From an uncultured archaeon (GTDB lineage Archaea > Iainarchaeota > Iainarchaeia > Iainarchaeales > Iainarchaeaceae): a DNA stretch of 32,000 nucleotides. The stretch's first letter is position 1; every line of letters begins with the position of its first letter. The stretch covers positions 5,837-37,836 of the forward strand of contig CAZNZM010000003.1 in assembly GCA_964577555.1 (NCBI GenBank), read 5' to 3'. The notes under the pieces were generated by a model that was not told where the DNA came from, made no database searches, and saw only the letters and a list, made by a program, of their open reading frames with translations. Positions 1-8,077 of the stretch are shown here, piece after piece. Position numbers and translations under genes: made by a program.

Positions 1-480
1 GAGCCGTTTTTTTTTGTTATTTTTTTTTGTTTGTTTTTTGCAAGCCAATTTTTTTGTCATTTTTTTTTTGAATTATTTTTTTGTTTTTTTTTGTTGTTTT
101 TTTTGGCGAGCCGTTTTTTTTTGTTATTTTTTTTTGTTTGTTTTTTGCAAGCCAATTTTTTTTGTCATTTTTTTTTTGAATTATTTTTTTGTCAATTATT
201 TTTTTGCAAGCCGTTTTTTATGGAATTTGTTTTTTTTGGCGTATTTTTTTTGTTTTTTTAGTTGATTTTTTTGGCAAACCACTTTTTTTTGTCATTTTGT
301 TTGTTTTTGCAAGCCTTTTTTTGTTTTGTTTTTTGTAGAGTTGTTTTTTTTTCATTTTTTTTCTTTGTTATTTGAGCCATTTTTTTTGTTTTTGTGTATT
401 AAAATGTTTTTTTTCTTTGTATTTTTCTTGAGTTTGTTTTTTTTTGGTTTAATGGAAAATCTTTTTAATTTTGACATTCA
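1..480 (+). repeat. Non-coding T-tract array built from RAGCC-T(7-9) units; contains a ~107-bp tandem duplication
   Basis: Units such as ggcgagccgttttttttt, gcaagccaattttttt and ggcaaaccactttttttt start at about 1, 40, 105, 147, 206, 273, 309 and 373. Bases 1 to ~85 are repeated almost exactly at 108 to ~192. The only ORFs are poly-Phe artefacts. Confidence 0.75.
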
Positions 481-489
481 TATTAATGC

Positions 490-879
490 ATGCCTCATTT
501 TGATGCGTATATTTTCAACAAGAAAGGTATTAAGCGTAACTTGACTTTGATACTTGATGAAGGCGATGGCATTTTGGAGTCAATAAAGCAAGGTATGATT
601 CAGCATGGTTTGAGCGAGGTTAAAATAGAAGGTGCTGAGGGGAAAGTAAAGGAGGCTTTGATAAATTATTTTGAGCGTAATCAGTTCAAATCCAGTGTTT
701 TGAAGGATTCTAATGTAATGCTTGCTTCTGGTTCTTTTAAATTGAGTTATGGGGATTTATATGGTTCTATGAAAATAGCTACTTCTGACAAGCCGCCTAT
801 GCATGGCACTCTTGTAAAAGGTATTGCGCATGATGGTTTTGTTATAAAGTTGTCTTTTATTGATCTAATTGATAAGTGA
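490..879 (+). CDS. PPC (DUF296) domain protein, putative DNA-binding
   Basis: ATG at 490, 129 aa. Read by eye, it fits the PPC/DUF296 pattern (LILDEGDGILESI ... ASGSF ... PMHGTLVKG ... VIKLSF). Confidence 0.55.
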   Translation: MPHFDAYIFNKKGIKRNLTLILDEGDGILESIKQGMIQHGLSEVKIEGAEGKVKEALINYFERNQFKSSVLKDSNVMLASGSFKLSYGDLYGSMKIATSDKPPMHGTLVKGIAHDGFVIKLSFIDLIDK

Positions 880-885
880 ATTTGC

Positions 886-1446
886 ATGAAGCTTTTTTTG
901 GCGACTAATAATAAGCATAAGGTTGATGAAATTTCAGCGTTGCTTTCAGATTATGGTGTTGGTTTAAGGCAAGCCAAGTTGGATCTTATAGAGCCTGATT
1001 TTGGTTCTTTGGAAGAGATTGCGAGTTATAAGGTTAAGCAGGCTTTTGACAAGCTTAAAAAGCCGGTTATTGCAGAGGATACTGGTGTTTATTTTTGTGG
1101 TTATAATAATTTTCCAGGCACACTTGCAAAGAGGGTTTTTCTTGGAATTGGTTTTGATGGTTTGGTGGCTTTGGTAAGGCTTTCAAAGAATAAAAAAGCT
1201 TATTTCAAGACAGTAGTTTCTTATTTTGATGGAAAAAGGTTGAAGACTTTTTCAGGGGTTCTTAAGGGCAGGCTTCTTGAAAAGGTTGTTTCTATTGAAA
1301 AGGACAGGCTTCCTTATGAGAAAATATTTGTGCCGGATGGTTTTTCAAAAGCTTTGGTTGATATTCCTTTGGATGAAAAAAACAAGTTTTCTCATCGTGC
1401 AAAAGCAGTGAAAAAATTTGGTGAATGGTTTAACTCTTTGCAATAA
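886..1446 (+). CDS. Non-canonical purine NTP pyrophosphatase (HAM1/RdgB/ITPase family)
   Basis: N-terminal LATNNKHKVDEI and C-terminal FSHRAKAV motifs typical of the family. 186 aa. Starts 6 nt after the upstream gene. A T8 run follows the stop. Confidence 0.85.
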   Translation: MKLFLATNNKHKVDEISALLSDYGVGLRQAKLDLIEPDFGSLEEIASYKVKQAFDKLKKPVIAEDTGVYFCGYNNFPGTLAKRVFLGIGFDGLVALVRLSKNKKAYFKTVVSYFDGKRLKTFSGVLKGRLLEKVVSIEKDRLPYEKIFVPDGFSKALVDIPLDEKNKFSHRAKAVKKFGEWFNSLQ

Positions 1447-1516
1447 TAAAATTTGCTTTTTTTTGTATTCTATTTTTAAATTTCTTTTACAATTGAATAA
1501 TTATGTTGTGGTTTTT

Positions 1517-1602
1517 GCGGGAGTCCCATAGCCAGGTCAATTGGGTCAGGTTCAGGGCCTGATGGCTCAGTGCCTTCGGAGGTTCAAATCCTCCCTCCCG
1601 CA
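1517..1602 (+). tRNA. tRNA-Leu (anticodon CAG), class II with long variable arm, no encoded CCA
   Basis: Acceptor GCGGGAG/CTCCCGC. Anticodon stem TCAGG/CCTGA with loop TTCAGGG. T arm GGAGG-TTCAAAT-CCTCC. 15-nt variable arm. Discriminator A. Confidence 0.85.
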
Positions 1603-1668
1603 TTCTAATGCTTGTTGTTTTTTTGCGTTTTTTAGTAAAATCAGGTTTTTAAAATAAAATAATTTTAA

Positions 1669-1686
1669 CGGCCCAATTTTGGGCCG
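1669..1686. terminator. GC hairpin between convergent tRNA-Leu and the small acidic ORF
   Basis: cggccc-aatttt-gggccg is a perfect 6-bp GC stem in an otherwise AT-rich spacer. It lies downstream of both convergent units. Confidence 0.4.
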
Positions 1687-1725
1687 AAATTGGAAATATT
1701 GGTTAATAATAGAAAATTATTTTTT

Positions 1726-1860
1726 TTAGTAGCTTTCATCAGCGTCCGTGTCTGAGTCGTCGCTGTCGAAATCGTCATCTTCGTCTTCGTCTTCAAAGTC
1801 GTCATCTGTGTCGAAATCTTCTTCATCTTCGAATTTTATTGTTTTTTCCATGATGTCCAT
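1726..1860 (-). CDS. Small (44 aa) extremely acidic protein, function unknown
   Basis: Not in the ORF track because it is under 60 aa. An ATG at 1860 is preceded by GGAGGT about 7 nt upstream, and the stop TAA is at 1726-1728. Hand translation: MDIMEKTIKFEDEEDFDTDDDFEDEDEDDDFDSDDSDTDADESY. The stretch is locally more GC-rich than its surroundings. Confidence 0.5.
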   Translation of the reverse strand: MDIMEKTIKFEDEEDFDTDDDFEDEDEDDDFDSDDSDTDADESY

Positions 1861-2010
1861 GTTTCAACCTCCGAAATTATGTTACTGAAACTTCCTTGCA
1901 TTAAATATTTAAAGCTGACGTCAAGGCGTTTTTTTAGAGTATTTTTTATTTTTTTCCGTTTTTTGGGGGTTTGTTAATTTAAAAACTCTTGCCAATACTT
2001 TTTGAAATGC

Positions 2011-2083
2011 GGGCTCGTGGTCTATTGGTTATGACGCGACCTTCACACGGTCGAGGTAGCAGGTTCAATTCCTGCCGGGCCCA
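2011..2083 (+). tRNA. tRNA-Val (anticodon CAC), no encoded CCA
   Basis: Acceptor GGGCTCG/CGGGCCC (one G-U pair). Anticodon stem CGACC/GGTCG with loop TTCACAC. T arm GCAGG-TTCAATT-CCTGC. A TATA-like tttaaaaa lies about 30 nt upstream. Confidence 0.85.
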
Positions 2084-2085
2084 TT

Positions 2086-2303
2086 TTTAACATAAGAATT
2101 TTTAGTTGGTTTTATAATTGTTTCTTGAATTTTTTAATTTTATATTTTTTCCAAGCCATTTTTAGACAATTTTATTTTTTTGTCTTTTGCATGTCTTTTT
2201 GCCAGCCAACGTTTTTTTTGAGTTTAATTTTTTTTTGTTTTTTTTTCGAGTATTTTTTTAATTATTTTTTTTGAGCTCAATTTGTTTTTTTTAATTGTTT
2301 TTT
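2086..2303 (+). repeat. T-tract intergenic spacer with RAGCC-T(n) units
   Basis: ccaagccattttt at 2151 and gccagccaacgtttttttt at 2201. T-rich on the + strand, between tRNA-Val (+) and the 3' end of the HerA-like gene (-). Confidence 0.6.
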
Positions 2304-4673
2304 TTACTCTCTGAATGCGCTTGCTGTTATTCCTGAGTCCCATGAGAGTCTTGGCCTCATTTTTACAAGCCAGATTTTTTCGGTTTCGTCGTCAAGTATT
2401 AGTGCGAAACCTTTTCCGCGTGGCATTTCTTGGTAGTATTTGTCAAAATTTTGATACAAATAGGATGGTCTTAGTTGTGAAACTGCTTCTATGTCTGGTT
2501 GTGCTGTCATTCTGTGTGATATGAAAATGTCGCATTGGCTTATGCAGTCAGGGTGTAGTTTGTTCGGCCTTTGCGTTGCCAATACTAGTGAAAGCCCTGG
2601 TTGTCTTCCGACTCTTACCCATTCAAGTAATGAGGAAAGGGCTATGCTGTCTTCGTCTTTTGGCATGAACATGTGTGCTTCGTCAATTAACATCCAGATT
2701 ATTGGAAGGTCGCTTTCCCGAGAAAATCCTTTGATGACTCTTATTTCTTCTTCTTTTCTGTATAGCATTCTTTCTTCAAAAAGTCTTTTTCCTATAATGC
2801 CTACTATTATGTCTCTTGTTCCTTCCATTCCTGCGGCTTGTCTGTATGATGAAACGTCTATTATTGTGATTGTGTTTGGCCTTGCTAAGTCTTTGATTTT
2901 TGAACCTTCTTTTTCAAATAAACCCCATGTTTTTGCTGTTGCAAATCTTCCTGCAACTGCATCCTTGACGTTTTTTTCCGATTCAGTATCGTTTTTTGCC
3001 GATTCTATCAGGTCATCCAAGCCATAAAAGGTGCCGAGTTTTGCTTTGGCGTTTTCAATTACTCTGGCAATTAGTGATCCTTCCGGTTCTTTCCATGAAA
3101 CTTTGAATAGGCTCATCCATTCGTGTGAATCAAGTTCTGATGTTCTTATTGTGAATGCTCCGTCTATTGGTAGATCTTTTCTTTTGTAAAATTCGAATTG
3201 TCCTTTTGGTACCATTACTTTTATTTCTATTGGCTCTGGTTTTAGTTCCCATTTTTCTAATTCCGACGTGTTGTTTTTTGTTGGTATTTTCATGCTCCAA
3301 AAAATTCCGACAGTGTCAATCACTATTACACTCATTCTTGACCTTATTTCTATTGGTTGTCTTGCAAATTCTTCTATGAGTATTCCAAGTGAGTAAGAAT
3401 TGTGCACTATAATATCATTTGCTATAAAGTTGTGCGTATTTGGGACGCTTATATCATATACTTCAAATTTTCCAGTTATTTCTTTTATTGAAGTGATTGT
3501 GTCCCAATAAATATGGTTTTCTGTTTGTGTTGTTTCGTTTTTGGTGTCTTCGTTTGTTTTGATTATTTGTAGCATTTTTTGTCTTGAATTTTTTTCGTTT
3601 GTTTCAATTGTAATCTGGTTTTCAATTTGTTGTGTTTTGATTTCGCTTTTTAATTCGCATAGTTTTATTTCTTCTTCAAATTTTTGAATGAAATCTTTTT
3701 TTATTTCTATTTCATATTTGGCGTCTTTTTTTTTGTTTGTCAGTTTGGAAACTATTCCGAATCTTAGCAAAAGATGTTGTATTTGTTTGGCCAATTTTTC
3801 CGATGCAAAATAGTATTTCATTGGTTCTTGTTGGTTGTTGCATTTGAAAAGGGTGTTTAGAAATAGTGCTAATTTTTCTTTTGGCAATTTGAAAATTTTT
3901 TCAGGAATTTGTTTGTCACTGGTATTTATGATTTTTGTGTTTATTAATAGTTCTTTGATTTTTTTAGTGTTTTTTATTGCAATATAATTAGGTTCTTTTT
4001 CTTGGATTATTTTGTTTTGGTTGTCGAGTTCTTTTATGCTTGTTTTCAAGTCTTGTTTTGTTTCTTCATTCAAGTTGTGGAATAGTATGTATTTTTTGTT
4101 GGTTGTGCCTGTTGCTATAAAATATGCTGTTAATTTTATTTCTTGGTCTTTCATGTTTTCGTTTCCGAAGATATCGAGTTTTTTTGCAGTGGCTATTTTG
4201 CTTCCAATTGAGAGTTCCTTTGCTGGTCTCCAGCCTTGTTCAGTTAGCAATGGGTGTTCTGGCGTGAGTTTTATTTTTTTGCCTGTTTCTAATTCGATTT
4301 CAAGCATTTTTTCTGTTTGTCTTTTGTAAAATTCGTCTTTGTATGCTTCTTTGATTTTGCATGAGTTGTTTAAAGACATTATTTTTCTTTTGTCTTTTTC
4401 CAAGTCTTTTATTTTAACAAGCGAGCCGTCTGATAAAGTTATTAATGTGTCTCCTTCAAGGCATTTGCCCCCGCCTCGCTTTCCGCAAATTAGCATCATG
4501 TGTGGTCTTGCTATGTCTATAAGTACTTTTCTGCCAAGCACTGGGTTTTCGCCTGAACTCATTACCACTTTGCCAACGTATGCTGTGCCTTTGGTGCCGT
4601 ATTTTTCTATGTCTTTTTGGTTTCTTCCAAGTATTGAAAAGTCGTTTCCTTGGTTGTTAGTTTCGTTTTCCAT
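2304..4673 (-). CDS. HerA/FtsK-superfamily (DUF87-like) P-loop ATPase interrupted by an intein
   Basis: Walker A GKRGGGK|S is split by the intein. Walker B is WMLIDEAH, and an ATQRP motif typical of HerA-type ATPases is present. The precursor is 789 aa; the spliced product would be about 434 aa. ATG at 4673. Confidence 0.75.
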   Translation of the reverse strand: MENETNNQGNDFSILGRNQKDIEKYGTKGTAYVGKVVMSSGENPVLGRKVLIDIARPHMMLICGKRGGGKCLEGDTLITLSDGSLVKIKDLEKDKRKIMSLNNSCKIKEAYKDEFYKRQTEKMLEIELETGKKIKLTPEHPLLTEQGWRPAKELSIGSKIATAKKLDIFGNENMKDQEIKLTAYFIATGTTNKKYILFHNLNEETKQDLKTSIKELDNQNKIIQEKEPNYIAIKNTKKIKELLINTKIINTSDKQIPEKIFKLPKEKLALFLNTLFKCNNQQEPMKYYFASEKLAKQIQHLLLRFGIVSKLTNKKKDAKYEIEIKKDFIQKFEEEIKLCELKSEIKTQQIENQITIETNEKNSRQKMLQIIKTNEDTKNETTQTENHIYWDTITSIKEITGKFEVYDISVPNTHNFIANDIIVHNSYSLGILIEEFARQPIEIRSRMSVIVIDTVGIFWSMKIPTKNNTSELEKWELKPEPIEIKVMVPKGQFEFYKRKDLPIDGAFTIRTSELDSHEWMSLFKVSWKEPEGSLIARVIENAKAKLGTFYGLDDLIESAKNDTESEKNVKDAVAGRFATAKTWGLFEKEGSKIKDLARPNTITIIDVSSYRQAAGMEGTRDIIVGIIGKRLFEERMLYRKEEEIRVIKGFSRESDLPIIWMLIDEAHMFMPKDEDSIALSSLLEWVRVGRQPGLSLVLATQRPNKLHPDCISQCDIFISHRMTAQPDIEAVSQLRPSYLYQNFDKYYQEMPRGKGFALILDDETEKIWLVKMRPRLSWDSGITASAFRE
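3399..4463 (-). mobile_element. Intein (355 aa) inside the Walker A motif, with a degenerate LAGLIDADG-like endonuclease domain
   Basis: Cys1 codon at 4461-4463 (CLEGDTLITL, block A). LTPEH (block B). VYDISV..HNFIANDIIVHN followed by +1 Ser (blocks F/G; Asn codon at 3399-3401). The central motifs LTAYFIATGT and LALFLNTLFKCNN align to LAGLIDADG positions but lack the acidic residues. Confidence 0.85.
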
Positions 4674-4812
4674 GTTATTTAGAACTGCTTTTTAGTATTT
4701 TAATATATATTCTGGCTGTTGGTTAATGGGAGTTAAGGGGGAGGAGGTTTCACATTTCTCTTAGGTGGGGGTTTAATAATTAGTTGAGAATGTTTTGCCT
4801 CCTTCCGCCTTC

Positions 4813-5298
4813 CTAGCCTTTTGCTAAGTATATCACTTTTTTTCCTGATTGGACTTTTTTAAGGTGTCCTTCTCTGTATAGTTTATTTAATCTTTGGCAT
4901 GCTGCGTTTAGTCCTTTATAATTTAGCATTGTTTTTATGTCTGTTGCAGTGCAGCCGCCTCTTTCTTCTATTGTTTTGAGTATGAGTTGGTCTTGTTCTC
5001 CTAGTATTTCAAATTTTGTTGTTTGTTGGTTTGGCTGGTTCTGCTCTTCAATTTTTGTGTTTTGGCTTGTTTTTAATGTAAGCATGATTTTGTCGAATTT
5101 GTCGTTTATTTCTTCTAATAATTTGTTTGTGTGTTCTCTTTCTCTGACTACTTTTAGCATTATTGCAGCAAGTATTTTGGGGTTTTCAGCGTGGGCTATT
5201 AAATTGTCTATTTCTTGCATTTCCGAAGCTTTTGGAATTATTTTTTCCAAAAATTCCTTTTCTTGAATTGCTTCCTTGAAAATATCATGACTATTCAT
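4813..5298 (-). CDS. Winged-helix (MarR/TrmB-like) putative transcriptional regulator with N-terminal helical region
   Basis: 161 aa. The C-terminal 60 aa (LGEQDQLILKTIEERGGCTATDIKTMLNYKGLNAACQRLNKLYREGHLKKV) fit a wHTH pattern. The ATG sits inside the phased TCATGA array. Confidence 0.5.
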   Translation of the reverse strand: MNSHDIFKEAIQEKEFLEKIIPKASEMQEIDNLIAHAENPKILAAIMLKVVREREHTNKLLEEINDKFDKIMLTLKTSQNTKIEEQNQPNQQTTKFEILGEQDQLILKTIEERGGCTATDIKTMLNYKGLNAACQRLNKLYREGHLKKVQSGKKVIYLAKG

Positions 5299-5335
5299 GA
5301 TTTATCATGATGATTCATGATATATAAATATTTAT
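5285..5335 (-). promoter_or_regulatory. Promoter/operator: TATA box plus four TCATGA palindromes at exact 10-bp spacing overlapping the start codon
   Basis: TCATGA at 5285-5290, 5295-5300, 5305-5310 and 5315-5320. A TATA-like tatataaatattta lies at 5321-5334. The gene's ATG (5296-5298) is inside the second palindrome and about 25-30 nt from the TATA box, which implies a leaderless mRNA. Confidence 0.5.
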
Positions 5336-5339
5336 CGCA

Positions 5340-5680
5340 TTAGGAAAACCAAATTCTTGTATAAAACCTTTTATTTAAGCCCCTATATAATTTATGGGGT
5401 TTAAGGTTTTTTTGGTGTTTTTTTGATTGAATAAAATATCATTGATTAGTATGTTTTTAAATCAATTGTTGGCTCATTTTTTTGTGTTTTTTCAGGTGTT
5501 TCTTTGATTTTTTAGTTTGTTGGTGCTATTTTAATATTTCCCTCGTATTTTTGTCCCTCAAAAGTTTTTTTTAATGGATTTTTGGGGTTATTAAAAATTA
5601 TTTATTTGTTTTTTTTGGGTTTTTGGTTGAATTTTCATTTTTTTTGGCTGGTTGGTTATTTTTTTTAGTGAAGGGCTTTT
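5340..5680 (+). repeat. T-rich intergenic spacer (weaker member of the T-tract repeat class)
   Basis: Lies between two - strand genes yet is T-rich on the + strand. Contains ggctcattttttt (~5471) and ttttttggctggttgg (~5641). Motif content is lower than in the other spacers. Confidence 0.35.
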
Positions 5681-6274
5681 TTATTGTGTTTGTTTTTCTT
5701 CAATAATTTTTGCTGTGTATGTTTTTATTTTAATTTCATTTATTCCTTTTTTCCATTCTTCTTTGTCAAGTCCTGCTTTTTTGCATAGTTCTGAAATGAA
5801 TTCTTCTTTTTTTGGCAATTGTTTCCAGACTTGTGGCAGGAATGTGGCTTTTCTTGTCCCTTTTTGCAATATTATTCCCTTGTTGTTTTTTAGTTTTTTT
5901 AGCAGTTCTTCTGGTGATTTGAATTTGAGTTCTTTTGGCTTTGAAAGTATTGATATTTCTATTTTGATATTTTCTATTTCGTCTTCTGTTGTTATGGGGT
6001 GAAATCGTGGATCGTAGAATGTTGCAAGAACTGCGTTTTTTATTATTGTTTCATAAAGTTTATTTTCAGGTTCAATATTTCCAATGCATCCATGCAGTTC
6101 ATCATTAAGGTATATTGTAACAAAGCACCCTTTTGTTTTTTTAAGTTCTTGAAACGGTATTTCTTTTGGTTTTATTTGCATTATTTTTTTGTATTTCATG
6201 AAGTGCCTTATTGAGGTTCTTGCCAATTTTAATGAGAATTTTTCTAATTCATTTTTCTTGTTCATGTGTCTCAC
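5681..6274 (-). CDS. AMMECR1-family protein (AmmeMemoRadiSam system protein A)
   Basis: LHGCIG motif and overall AMMECR1 pattern. The GTG start at 6274 overlaps the upstream stop (GTGA); an alternative ATG is at 6265. Confidence 0.85.
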   Translation of the reverse strand: MRHMNKKNELEKFSLKLARTSIRHFMKYKKIMQIKPKEIPFQELKKTKGCFVTIYLNDELHGCIGNIEPENKLYETIIKNAVLATFYDPRFHPITTEDEIENIKIEISILSKPKELKFKSPEELLKKLKNNKGIILQKGTRKATFLPQVWKQLPKKEEFISELCKKAGLDKEEWKKGINEIKIKTYTAKIIEEKQTQ

Positions 6275-7059
6275 TCAAAGAATGCGTATGCTCCATAGCC
6301 TACTACTGAATTTTTGTTTCCTGCAGTGTCTCCGGAATTTTTGTAATCAAGTAATTTTCCTTTCCAATTTAGTTTTTTTGCGATGTGCATTAATGCAATT
6401 ATTCCTGTTAGTCCGCAGGCTTCTATTTGGGTTGTTGTTTCAATGTCAAGGCTTGGTATTGCTTTGTTTGCTATTGAATCAATTGCAATTGCTTCGTCAT
6501 AGGTGTAATAGTGGCTTAGGTCAGAGCTTGCTATTATTATTGTGTCTTCGTCAATTAATTCTTTGATTTGTTCAGCTAGTTTTTCCGGGTTTATTTTTCC
6601 ATAGACAATCGGGTTTATCGTGAATTTTTTTAGAGAGCATTGTAGGAATGGTATTTGTGTTTCTATTGAATGTTCTTTTGAATGGCTGTGTGGGTATTGC
6701 ATGAATCCTTTTTCGGATGTTTTGACTTTTCCAAGTGGTGTTTCCCAATATTGTGCTCCTGAGTTTGCCGCGCCGTTAAATGGTATGAAGTGTGAAGGCC
6801 CTATTATGATTGTTTTCCATTGTTTTTTTTGTTCTAGTTTTTTTATAAGTGAATATGCTTTTCCTGCCACTATGCCTGAATAAATGTATCCTGCGTGTGG
6901 GCTTATGATTGCTTTTAATTTTTCATTAGGTTTTGTTTTTGTTGTTTGTGTGAATTTTTCTATCATGTCTTTTAGTTCTTTTGGGTTTGCTGGATAAAAA
7001 ATTCCTGCAACTGCTGGTTTTCTTGTTTTATTTCCATATTCCTGGTATTTTTTCTCCAC
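6271..7059 (-). CDS. MEMO1-family protein (AmmeMemoRadiSam system protein B)
   Basis: RKPAVAGIFYP and ISPHAGYIYSG motifs. GTG start at 7059, with no in-frame ATG upstream of the conserved N-terminus. 32-nt overlap with the radical SAM gene. Confidence 0.85.
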   Translation of the reverse strand: MEKKYQEYGNKTRKPAVAGIFYPANPKELKDMIEKFTQTTKTKPNEKLKAIISPHAGYIYSGIVAGKAYSLIKKLEQKKQWKTIIIGPSHFIPFNGAANSGAQYWETPLGKVKTSEKGFMQYPHSHSKEHSIETQIPFLQCSLKKFTINPIVYGKINPEKLAEQIKELIDEDTIIIASSDLSHYYTYDEAIAIDSIANKAIPSLDIETTTQIEACGLTGIIALMHIAKKLNWKGKLLDYKNSGDTAGNKNSVVGYGAYAFFE

Positions 7060-8077
7060 ATTCGCACCTTCCTTTATTAAGTGAAATTATTTTAGTGTTG
7101 TATCCGTTTCTTTGTATGAGTGTTTTGTTGCATTTTGGACAGAAAGTGTTTTCATGTATTGTTGAAACATTGCCAACATAGACATATTCTAATCCTGCTT
7201 TTTTGCCTATTTTATATGCTTTTTCAAGGGTTTGTATTGGGGTTATTTCTTTGTCAAGCATTTTATAATCCGGATGGAATCTTGTTATGTGCCATGGCAT
7301 TTTTTTATCCACTTGTGCTATGAATCCTGCTATTTGTGCGAGTTCTTTTTCTGAGTCGTTTTCGTTTGGAATTATCAGTGTTGTGATTTCTACCCAGATC
7401 CCAAGTTTTTTTGCCAGTTTTATAGTTTCTAGTACTGGCTCAAGTTTTGCTCTGCATGTTTTCATATAAAATTGCTCTGTAAATGCTTTGAGGTCAATGT
7501 TCATTGCGTCAAGGAATGGTTTTATTTTGTTCAAGCTTTCTTTTGATTCATAGCCGTTTGAGACAAAGACGTTTTTTATTCCTTTTTTGTGTGCAAGTTT
7601 TGCTGTGTCGTAAGCGTATTCGAAAAATATTGCTGGTTCGTTGTAGGTGTAGGCTATGCTTGGTATTTTGTTTTCGATGCAATATTCTACTATTTGTTCT
7701 GGTTCTAATGTTTGGCCGTATTCAGCCAATTCGCCTATTTTTATGGTTTGTTCTTTTTGTTCTTTGAATTTTATTTTTATTTCTCTTGTTGCTTGTGATA
7801 TGTCCCAGTTTTGGCAGAAAGTGCATCCGAAATTGCAGCCTATTGTTCCTATTGAAAATATTGTTGTGCTAGGTAGAAAGTGGAAAAGTGGTTTTTTTTC
7901 AATTGGGTCTATGTGGCATGCTGCTGCTTTGCCGTAAACTATTAGGTATAGCTCTCCTTTTTCGTTTTTTCTTACTCCGCATATTCCTGTTGCGCCTTCT
8001 TTGATTATGCAATAGTGTTTGCATGCAGTGCATTTTACTGCATCGCCTGTTTTTTGGAAGAGCATCGCTTTGTGCAT
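7028..8077 (-). CDS. AmmeMemoRadiSam system radical SAM enzyme
   Basis: CNFGCTFCQNW (CX3CX2C) cluster motif. N-terminal CTACKHYC...GICGVR cysteine motif. C-terminal CPKC...CECG motif. ATG at 8077. Confidence 0.85.
   Translation of the reverse strand: MHKAMLFQKTGDAVKCTACKHYCIIKEGATGICGVRKNEKGELYLIVYGKAAACHIDPIEKKPLFHFLPSTTIFSIGTIGCNFGCTFCQNWDISQATREIKIKFKEQKEQTIKIGELAEYGQTLEPEQIVEYCIENKIPSIAYTYNEPAIFFEYAYDTAKLAHKKGIKNVFVSNGYESKESLNKIKPFLDAMNIDLKAFTEQFYMKTCRAKLEPVLETIKLAKKLGIWVEITTLIIPNENDSEKELAQIAGFIAQVDKKMPWHITRFHPDYKMLDKEITPIQTLEKAYKIGKKAGLEYVYVGNVSTIHENTFCPKCNKTLIQRNGYNTKIISLNKGRCECGEKIPGIWK

Noticed and set aside
14-544. Track ORFs 14-265, 31-261 and 326-544 (+), poly-Phe/Leu/Cys proteins
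   Set aside because: They are translations of T-tract repeat DNA with extreme low complexity, overlapping one another in different frames. No start context and no recognisable domain.
2315-4695. Plus-strand ORFs inside the HerA-like/intein gene (2315-2524, 2491-3027, 3155-3379, 4012-4329, 4339-4695)
   Set aside because: Antisense shadows of a long, well-supported - strand gene. Ser/Phe/Leu-rich with no domains.
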